NCBI RefSeq assembly: GCF_000485595.1
Contig: NW_014577073.1
Span: 940,361 to 1,004,360 of the forward strand
DNA length: 64,000 bases
Direction: 5' to 3'
From: Priapulus caudatus
Lineage: Eukaryota
The notes under the pieces: generated by a model
The model's input: the letters and a program-made list of their open reading frames with translations, nothing else
Database searches by the model: none
What the model was told of the DNA's origin: nothing
Shown here: piece by piece, positions 53,526 to 64,000 of the stretch
How positions within the stretch are numbered: the first letter of the stretch is position 1
Layout of the letters: every line of letters begins with the position of its first letter
Translations under genes and position numbers: made by a program

Positions 53526-55181
53526 GTCTCCCGCCATCTGCGTCGCCGCTGCTGCGTGCGTCGTCGCCGGACGGCGTGTCGCGCGTTTCCCCGGGACCAT
53601 AAATCAGTGACTACGAACGTGGAGAGGTCAATCGCGGTTTTCACCGAATTCCTGTCACCCGTGTCGGCTTTTAGTGGCTCCGATTGGCGAAGCGCATGCA
53701 GATAGGCGCCTCGTTTACATATGCAGCGGAATTATATTACAAGGATATTATTCGTAATTTAATTACGGGGGAAGTGCTATCGATCAGGGCCTTTGTACAT
53801 TTCACCTCGCGTTAATTGAAACCCTTGCGCATTACGCTCCCGGCATGAATGTTTTAGTTATGTTTATTATATATGATGATGCTTATAATTGAAAATCGCG
53901 TAAATAATTTAGCAGACAGTATGAATACCTGCGTGATGGCCTAATGGTGTCGTCAAAGACAACGATTGCGAGGTATCGATTCGCGCTCTCTCTCTCCCGC
54001 TCCTCGCCAAGCCTTTGTGAAGCACTTTCAAGGCTCTTTCAAACAAACCAGAGGCGCGCTGTGGGTTAACGACTAGGGGTTGCGAGACAGCAACGGCTCC
54101 GCGTCGATTTAATCTAAGAAAAACTAACGAGTAAAGCCGAGGTAAAGCCACCCTGGTGAGTGGAACACCGCCTGCACGTGACCCCCTAGCGGTAGGGTCG
54201 CGATAAGAAGAAATGCCTTGTCGATAAAGTTTCGCGCATTCACGCCTAAGAATCAAACATTTACAACGAGTATAAGCGTGTAAATGACGCTATCACACCG
54301 ACACTCGACGAACAGCAACATAAATACTTTACTCGCGAAAAGTTTCCGCGCGCTGAGTCGAGATTTCCGATAAACTTTCCAAGAATATCCGATTCTGTGT
54401 ATACGCCTCCGTGTGTCGGCATCGCGTGGCGTACATGTGCTGCTACCGTAACATGACTTCAGTCGCCAGCCTGCCTTATCGGCGATGTGAAAGCGCCAAC
54501 GCAGTCACGCTAACTGCAGGCGCAGAGTTGCTTAATTTGTCGGTTTAATTACCCGTAATTAAACGGCTTTTGGAAGGTTTTCCCGACCATACTGGTAACT
54601 CCTCAATTTATGTAATGTGAATATATATATATATATATATATATATTGGAGTCTTTATAGTCGCATAGCGTACTGCAAAGAGATAAGAGGTTGCATAATA
54701 CTTATCGGTGGAAGCGATTACTGCTCGTACACCCATCCGGTAACTCTTTGATGCTTTTGTAAGAGCCTGCTCTACACACCGATTATTTATATACAGATGT
54801 GTGAGTCGCGAAAATAATTATTGTAATCATGCGAACAGGATGCGCTAACCACCAGACGTCAACCCCATGCACGTAACATCAACAGGCAATTGACATGGTC
54901 CATTAATTGTTTACCTTATCTGTGACAGTAATACGGAAACGGAACATTAACGCCCAATTTTCTAGCAGAGTCCCGTGTGAAAATAAGGCCATGTTTACTT
55001 TAGTAATATTAGTTAGATACGCTTACATCATGAGTATTGTTATGGCATGTTGTGGCATGGCATGCAGGCAGCACTATCCACGTAAACAGATAACGGTCGC
55101 ACAAGGGGGGGGATGCGGTCTAAAAAAGGTTAAGGCGTAGTTATATCGCACCTACCTTATCTACAATAAAGCCTGGATTAT

Positions 55182-55231
<50 letters not shown>

Positions 55232-55373
55232 CTGACATTCTCTGACTGACTTCTCGACATACTGACATACTACATATTCTTTATATTATTGTTTTATGTT
55301 ATTTACATCGATCACAATAGCATTTTAATTTATGCTGAGCCGCGCGTGCTCACATATATTAGTCCGTGGTTAA

Positions 55374-55662
55374 CAACATGTTCTGCTTGCATCTATGACA
55401 ATACGACATACGCATATACGCTCTCCTATGACACTATTTATTATAGAAGCGATATGAAGAATATTGGGCGAGTGCAACTTCGTTCCGCTTTACAGCTGAA
55501 ATTCACTGCTTGCGTACATAATAGCGCTCCTAAATCCTATGATGCGCCACAAACATACAACAATATTTATCATAGGAAGAATCTTCTTATGACAAATAGT
55601 GTAATAGTAGAGCGTATTATGTGTATGTCCGTATTTGTCATAGATGCTAGAAGAACAGGCTG
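55374..55662. mobile_element. MITE family A, copy 2
   Basis: Same terminal inverted repeats and internal sequence as 9425-9703, in a different flanking context. Confidence 0.78.
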
Positions 55663-56059
55663 AGTTACTCGTAACAATGTCCCGTAATTAGAATTTACGT
55701 TGCATCGTTGATTCTAATTTACGGTTGGTTCTAATTACGATATCTGCTAATACTTCTCGGCCGCGCAGGCAGAGCCGACAATAATAATTCTAATTCTAGT
55801 TTTTATAAAATTATGTTCCTGGCATACTTCTCGCAGTTATTTATTTTTTTATTTTTTGGCGTAATATTAATTCCCAGCATGATGACGACGCTGAATAGAA
55901 TATCGCATAAGTAACTTCTAAACGTACTATAGATGCATTATACGAAGGTACTCTATTGTCTTAATAGTTACTATTGGCAGTATAAACGTCTTCGTTAGCG
56001 TGGCACTGTCATTATCAATATAAACGTGAATTCGCCTGTTAAATGCTACTGGAGGCGCA

Positions 56060-56744
56060 CGCACGCACGCAACGGTGCACACAGACTACACACTCCTCAC
56101 CATACACACATACTCGCACGTATGCATCATGACGTACGCACACGCACACGCCCTCGCACACACACACACACGCCCTCGCACACACACACGTACGCACACA
56201 TACACGTACACGTACGTACGCACACAGGCACGCCCATCCGCACACCACACGTACGCACACACACACGTACACGTACGTACGTACACGAGGCACGCCCTCG
56301 CACACACACGTAACGCACACCACACGTACACGTACGTACGCACACCACATACGTACACGTATGTACGCATACGGCACGCCCTCGCACACACACACACGTA
56401 CGTACGCCACACGTACACGTACGTACGCACAGCAACGGCACGCCTTTCGCACACACACACGTTACGCACACACACCAACGTACACGTACGTACGCACACA
56501 CACATACGTACACGTTACGTACGCCACGGGTACGCCCTCGCACACACACACGTACGTACGCACACAAGTACACGTACGTACGCACACGGGCACGCCATCC
56601 CGCACCACACACACGTACGCACACACAAACATACGTACACGTACGTACGCACACGCACACGCCTCGCACACACACACGTACGCACACATACACACACACA
56701 CACCACACACACACACACACATACACACACCACACAACACCACC

Positions 56745-56777
<33 letters not shown>

Positions 56778-57113
56778 ACACGTCCGCACGCATACGCACA
56801 CGCTCGCCTGCGTTCAGATACATTGCCAGCACGCGTGCGTCCGTCAATTCAAATACACGTACGCATACGGGCACGCCTTCGCACACACACACACGTACGC
56901 ACCACACACACGTACACGTACGTACGCACACACACATACGTACACGTACGTACGCACACGGGTACGCCCTCGGCACACACACACGTACGTACGCACACAA
57001 GTACACGTACGTACGCACACGGGCACGCCCTCGCACACACCACGTACGCACACACAAACATACGTACACGTACGTACGCACACGCACACGCCCTCGCAAC
57101 ACACACACGTACG

Positions 57114-57195
<82 letters not shown>

Positions 57196-57290
57196 CACAC
57201 ACACACACCCACACACACACACACGCGCGCGCGCGCGCGCGCGCCGCGCGTACACGTCCGCACCATACGCATACGCACACGCTCGCTTCG
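56060..57290. repeat. CACGTA/ACGCCCTCGCAC-rich complex minisatellite
   Basis: Recurrent modules ACGCCCTCGCACACAC and ACGTACACGTACGTACGC; second copy at about 62650-63870. Confidence 0.88.
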
Positions 57291-58284
57291 TTCAGATACA
57301 TTGCCAGCAACCGCGTGCGTCCGTCAAATTCAAATACGACTTCAAATTCGCTGAGACAGCCACCTCTACGCGGCGTGACAACCACACCTGAGGTCTTGCG
57401 CGTACCTTACTAGCTTTTATATATAGCATTCCCTCCCATCTTCCCGTGAGTGTGTAACCAGGCACACCGAGCACCATACGCGGACTGGATGGCGCCGTAA
57501 AATAAGTCATCCAGGGGGGCGTGGAGAGGCATGAGCGCGCACATGCACCCGCACGCGGCCGTTTCCTGAGCAGCGACGGCGTTGGCAGATAACACGCGCT
57601 GCGAAATTTATATAAAATTATTCGAATTTCCTGTGCGGCCATTGTAGGCGACACAATAGCGGGTACCGGCCGACCACGGTTGGCGATGCTTGAATACGCA
57701 TTACATGTGAATTAGAGGGATATCGGACGCGATTACGCCTGCTCTCCCTGGTCGCATGCGAGCGCCGCCACACAACCGCAGCGGATGTACTGATCTTCGA
57801 CGAGTGAGAAATTTGAGTTATTTATTCCTTTTCTTCTCGCAGATTGCGACGACAATACCTCGCTAGAACTGCCGATAAGCAGAGTGGTTTAGCGACGCAG
57901 TGGAAGCAGCAACAATCTCCATAGCGCCGGTGTCCGGAGCCACTTGTAGAGATAACGCGCTGACCATATCTCTATTTACTTTGCCGCCGCTAACTCTGTA
58001 CTTACTAATATAGGCATCTAACGAGACTGGGAGATCTCCCACACTTAGTGTGGTTCTGTGCGACACACTTTAACTCTCGTAGAACACATCATAGTTTACC
58101 TTGCACTTTACTGTGTTTAGTATAGGAATATCAGACCGTCTATGTTTTTACAACCGTGATATAGATATAATTATATATACGCTGCAAGAGCTCATAAACA
58201 TTAATCAAACCCACCCCACGCCCACCCACCCACCACCCGAACACCCACACAAACACACACAACACACACACACACCACACACAA

Positions 58285-58330
<46 letters not shown>

Positions 58331-58467
58331 TTACATACATACACACACACACAATACACACACACACACACACACACACCACACAACACACACACACAGC
58401 ACACACACACAAACGTACACATACATAAACCCATAATGACCACGACAACGACGTCGACAGCCAGTGC

Positions 58468-58490
58468 CACTACTACTACAACTGTTGCTG

Positions 58491-58530
<40 letters not shown>

Positions 58531-58555
58531 ACTACCTACTACTACTTACTACTAT

Positions 58556-58633
<78 letters not shown>

Positions 58634-58758
58634 ATACTAATCTACTACTACTACTACTACTACTAATTACTAATACTACTACTACTATACTACTACTACT
58701 ACCACTACTACTACTACTAATACTAATACTACTACTACTGCTACTACTGCTACTACTA
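58468..58758. repeat. (TAC)n array
   Basis: Direct inspection. Confidence 0.9.
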
Positions 58759-59251
58759 GCCACCTCGGATTTTACAGTGATTTATTAAACTCGCCACAAT
58801 GGATTTTACGCCTATCCTCACCGTGACGCAGTAACCGGCCACCTGGTCGCAACTACAATAGCAGAGCCGCGGCTTGGCTGGCCACACAGACAGGTAACGG
58901 GTGGCATTCGGCAATATCGATAACAGAAACGAAATTTGATGAATTTCTGTCGGCGCTGTCCGCCAGCCGAGCGGAAGCCTCGAAATACTGATACAATAGC
59001 GATATAGCAATTCAAACCAATTTGCATCTATTTGTCCTCGTGGTGAGAGATTAGCTAGAGAGCGTACCCGCGGGACGAACAACGGCCTGGGCAGCGGCGG
59101 CGCTGACGTGTTTTGCGCGTTTCGTGGCGATAATGTCTTTATTAGTTCTAATCAAGTGAACAGCAATAAAGCATCATACGCGCGCACGGCGGGAGGGGCC
59201 GAAGAGACGCAGGACTCGGGGTGGGATATTGATGGCTATATATATAATATA

Positions 59252-59308
<57 letters not shown>

Positions 59309-59947
59309 GTGTGTGTCTGTGTGTGTGTGTGTGCGTGGGTGCGTGCGCGCGTTCGTGCGTGCGTGCGTGCGTGTGTGTGCGTGCGTGCGTATGTTTGTGT
59401 GTAGATAGATATATGGCATGGCCGGAGGAGGGAATACAGAAGACGAATATATATATATATATATATATTATATTTGAATTAGTATATATTATATATATAT
59501 AACTATATATATATTGGTGGCTAGCTAAGTATAACACCGCGAGAGTGAGTGAATATAATATATGAGTAGCTATTGGTAACTATCACATGAAATCATGGGT
59601 GTGTAAATACATGCACATGGGGATTTGACGCTATCGCATGAATGTTAGCAAATAGCTATAATATATCTAATCCATTTTAACTAAAGATATTTTTTTTAAA
59701 TGTGTACGCAAGGTCAACTCTGCCTGCCCTAACCACATGTTATACATGTCACATGCTAAGATGAATTGTGGTGAATGCGCCTATTTTGTGTGTTAAAAAC
59801 TCGAAGCAAGACTAACTGTGAGTTCCAACGTACTAAATAGCGTCGCGCTCTGTTTGTCATGAAATCGATATTGAGCACCAACAAACGGTTCTTGTACTGT
59901 TGAGTAGTAATACACTCGGAATGCGCGTCTTCGTCCTATACGCGGGC

Positions 59948-60130
59948 CGCGAGTTCCGGACCCACCATAGATAGTGTTTTGTAATATATGGTTCGTATAT
60001 ATATGGTTGGATTATAGTTAGTCTTAGGGTTCGGGTCAGGGTTAGGGTTAGGTAGTATTCATTTTACATTGTTGCTTCGAGGAAGCCGAGTGAATGGAGT
60101 GCGCTGATTGGCTGTGGTCCGGAACTCTCG
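59948..60130. mobile_element. Short MITE with internal telomere-like repeats
   Basis: Terminal inverted repeats GAGTTCCGGACC(C)AC and GTGGTCCGGAACTC. Internal TTAGGGTTCGGGTCAGGGTTAGGGTTAGG at about 60024-60052. Confidence 0.6.
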
Positions 60131-61778
60131 TGGGAAAAAAAATTCACGCGGGCCACCTATGTCGAATGCACTCACTGACGTACATGCTTGAATGATTGCT
60201 ACGAGTGATAAACGTGATAATCAAGCAGAACAAAGAAATAACGCAGGACGCGTTTATTTGACGTAGGTGAACGAGTCATATGTCGTTCTAATGGAGTATT
60301 AAGCGTACCATGGGTCCATGAAAGCTGACGTATGTACATCGACCACATATTAGACGTATTGCTATCTATCGTAAGATAGGTCTCGTCATGTTGAATCGTG
60401 ATGGGTCTAAGCTAAAGAACGAAAGCGAAAATGTCGAATTGGGACACGTGGTGTCACGGAATAGCTGCAAACATGCGTAGCTTCTGCGCAGAATATTTTA
60501 CCTGGCTCGCGACGAAACTAGAACGGTATATGAACTCTTCTCCGGCATTGCTTGTTTTCCTGCAATTCCGTCTTCGTTGTGTACGGGGAGCGATCGGCAT
60601 GCGCGGTGTAATCATGCTCAGAACGGTGATGCTTTATTTTTACATAGCGCAGCACATCTGAGAATGACGTACGGGATATAGGTATTTGAATTTGCTAATT
60701 TTGACCAGAAATCATTCACTTAACCAGCCTGCGATTGCACGCCTGGCGCATCTGTGTTTTATCTTTCACGTATGTAATGTGCGTGTGTGTAGCGCATATG
60801 TTCGAATCGGGCTTCAAAACGTAAAAAATGTGGGAAATGTATGACGCAGAATGTCAATACGCTTCATCCGAGCTACTATACACTGCGATAATTAAACTAC
60901 AGCTAATTCCGAAAATGCCTTTGCACATTTCAAACGCAACTGTTCGTTCTCATTTCCAATCTTCGCGTGGCGTTGTTGAGGCATAATTGTCTTGTTTTTC
61001 TAACAAACAAATTATACAATCGTGCTCAATACTCCTCTATGGGTTTCATCAGAAAACGCAGATTTGGTTTTCATACGGCATTTACACAGGTGCTGCTCAC
61101 AGCCCTGTATTGGGTACAGGTAAATTATGTCATGCAAAGGTATATGTTATTATTCAACCTATTCATTCAAGCTCAAATGAAATTACCAACGTAAATTACT
61201 AAATACATTTATAAATATGCAGCCGTAGGGAAGCAGCGAAATTTTGCTGACTAGTATTTTATATGAGGTGTTCCTGTTAATATATATTGTGTAATTACAT
61301 ATGGAATCGCGTTTTAAAATGCGTTCGAGCCCGTATTTACCATCACGTGTGACGTCATACTGTGCTTCAATAGAATTATACAATCAAAACCGTCAACACT
61401 TCGTTATTGTTACCGACGAGCGCTCGGATAGTGAAACAGACTACGAGGTTTAGATGATCGCATGAACGTCAAAATTTACTGTCTGTAATAATAATATTCA
61501 ACCAACATGTTCCTGGCTTCCCCTTTGATATTAGGTAGGTCTTGGAAATGTTGTCTTGGATTGTGTTACAGCCACTAAATGTACGACTGTCTTATGCGCT
61601 ACAAGGCTATCTCAATGTAGTATCCGAATTTGCCGCTTTCATCATCGTTAAATGTACCTTGCTCTTGTTGCAGCGGCCAACGTCGGCAATGACGACAATT
61701 TCCGACAACACGTGTTACCTAACCGATTATTTCATATATTCTTGCCATGGAAGGACTCACGCTCTTTGGAGCGTGGTG

Positions 61779-61780
<2 letters not shown>

Positions 61781-61834
<54 letters not shown>

Positions 61835-63265
61835 CTGACATTCTTCTGACTGACTTCTGACATACTGACATACTACATATTCTTTATTTATTTGTTTATG
61901 TTTATTTACATCGATCACAATAGCATGTTAATTTATGGCTGAGCCAGCGTGCTCACATATATTACCGTGGGTTAACAACATGTTCTGCTTGCATCTATGA
62001 CAAATACGACATACGCATATACGCTCTCCTATGACACTATTTATCATAGAACGATATGAAGAATATTGGCGAGTCAACTTCGTTCCGCTTTACAGCTGAA
62101 ATTCACTGCTTGCGTACATAATAGCGCTCCTAAACTCCTATGATGCGCACAACACATACAACAATATTTATCATAGGAAGAATCTTCTTATGACAAATAG
62201 TGTAATAGTAGAGCGTATATGTGTATGTCGTATTTGTCATAGATGCTAGAAGAACAGGCTGGAGTTACTCGTAACAATGTCCCGTAATTAGAATTTACGT
62301 TCATCGTGATCTAATTATACGGTTGGTCTAATTACGATATCTGCTAATATTCTCGCCGCGCCACGCAGAGCCGACAATAATAATTCTAATTCTAGTTTTT
62401 ATAATATGTTCATGTTCCTGCATACTTCTCGCAGTTATTTATTTTTTATTTTTTGGCGTAATATTAATTCCCAGCATGATGACGACGCTGAATAGAATAT
62501 CGCATAAGTAACTTCTAAACGTACTATAGATGCAATATACGACAGGTACTCTATTGTCTTAATAGTTACTATTGGCAGTAAAAACGTCTTCGTTAGCGTT
62601 GGCACTGTCATTATCAATATAAACGTGAATTCGCTGTTAAATGTACGCGAGCGCACGCACGCACGCACACGTGCACACAGACTACACACTCCTACCCATA
62701 CACACATACTCGCACGTATGCATCATACGTACGCACACGCACACGCACACGCCCTCGCACACACACACACACGCCCTCGCACACACACACGTACGCACAC
62801 ATACACGTACACGTACGTACGCACACAGGCACGCCCTCGCACACACACACGTACGCACACACACACGTACACGTACGTACGTACACGGGCACGCCCTCGC
62901 ACACAGACGTACGCACACACACACGTACACGTACGTACGCACACGCACATACGTACACGTATGTACGCATACGGGCACGCCCTCGCACACACACACACGT
63001 ACGTACGCACACACGTACACGTACGTACGCACACGGGCACGCCTTCGCACACACCCACGTACACGTACGTACGCACACACACATACGTACACGTACGTAC
63101 GCACACGGGCACGCCCTCGCACACACACACGTACGCACACACAAACATACGTACACGTACGTACGCACACGCACACGCCCTCGCACACACACACGTACGC
63201 ACACACAAACATACGTACACGTACGTACGCACACGCACACGCCCTCGCACACATACACACGTACG

Positions 63266-63313
<48 letters not shown>

Positions 63314-63721
63314 ACACACACACACACACACAACACACACACACACACACACACACACAACACGTACACTCCGCACGCATACGCACACCGCTCGCCTCGT
63401 TCAGATACATTGCCCGCACGCGTGCGTCCGTCAATTCAAATACACGTACGCATACGGGCACGCCTTCGCACACACACACACGTACGCACACACACAACGT
63501 ACCCACTACGTACGCACACACACATACGTACACTGTACGTACGCACACGGGTACGCCCTCGGCACACACACACGTACGTACGCACACAAGTACACGTACG
63601 TACGCACACGGGCACGCCCTCGCACACAACACGTACGCACACACAAACATACGTACACGTACGTACGCACACGCACACGCCCTCGCACACACACACGTAC
63701 GCACACATACACACACACACA

Positions 63722-63784
<63 letters not shown>

Positions 63785-64000
63785 ACACACACACCACACA
63801 CACACACACACGCGCGCGCCGCGCGCGCGCGCGCGCGTCACGTCGCGCACGCATCGCATACGCACACGCTCGCTTCGTTCAGATACATTGCCAGCAACGC
63901 GTGCGTCCGTCAATTCAAATAACGACTTCAAATTCGCTGAGACAGCCACCTCTACCGCGGCGTGACAACCACACCTGAGGTCTTGCGCGTACCTTACTAG
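61781..64000 (+). repeat. Near-duplicate of 55185-57413
   Basis: Same (TA)n, MITE, unique spacer and CACGTA-rich minisatellite, ending GAGGTCTTGCGCGTACCTTACTAG in both copies. Confidence 0.85.
61976..62261. mobile_element. MITE family A, copy 3 (inside a duplicated block; probably the same insertion as copy 2)
   Basis: Same element and same flanks as 55374-55662. Confidence 0.7.

Noticed and set aside
56026..57413. HTHVRT-repeat ORFs (also 62625-63978)
   Set aside because: The minisatellite lacks stop codons; there is no coding evidence.
57804..58066. Strong plus-strand acceptor (TTCCTTTTCTTCTCGCAG, 57842) and a 67-aa minus-strand ORF
   Set aside because: All three plus frames stop within about 30 codons and the minus ORF has no recognisable homology. 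A non-coding or terminal exon cannot be excluded.

Overview
This is eukaryotic (bilaterian invertebrate-like) genomic DNA from a draft assembly rich in microsatellites, with four N-gaps. The core of the window is part of a ParaHox cluster. A complete three-exon Gsx (ind/Gsh) homeobox gene lies on the minus strand (36378-35931, 30897-30692, 27795-27538; 303 aa). About 25.7 kb downstream, in the same orientation, is exon 1 of an Xlox/Pdx gene (1825-1429). That exon has a divergent hexapeptide (PFAWLKTTKSHAHKWKLGWSG) and an apparent GC-type splice donor; its homeobox exon should lie beyond the left edge of the window. Between the two genes are an intact tRNA-Met(CAT), decayed Academ-like DNA transposon sequence with TAG..CTA termini and a 3-bp AAG flanking duplication, MITE and Helentron-type (HINE) elements, and long simple repeats. 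Several multi-kb near-duplicate blocks, one containing a frameshifted second copy of Gsx exon 1, differ mostly by scattered 1-2 bp indels and are probably long-read gap-filling artefacts. The species cannot be determined from the sequence. Most ORFs in the supplied track are microsatellite translations. No prokaryotic systems (CRISPR etc.) are present.
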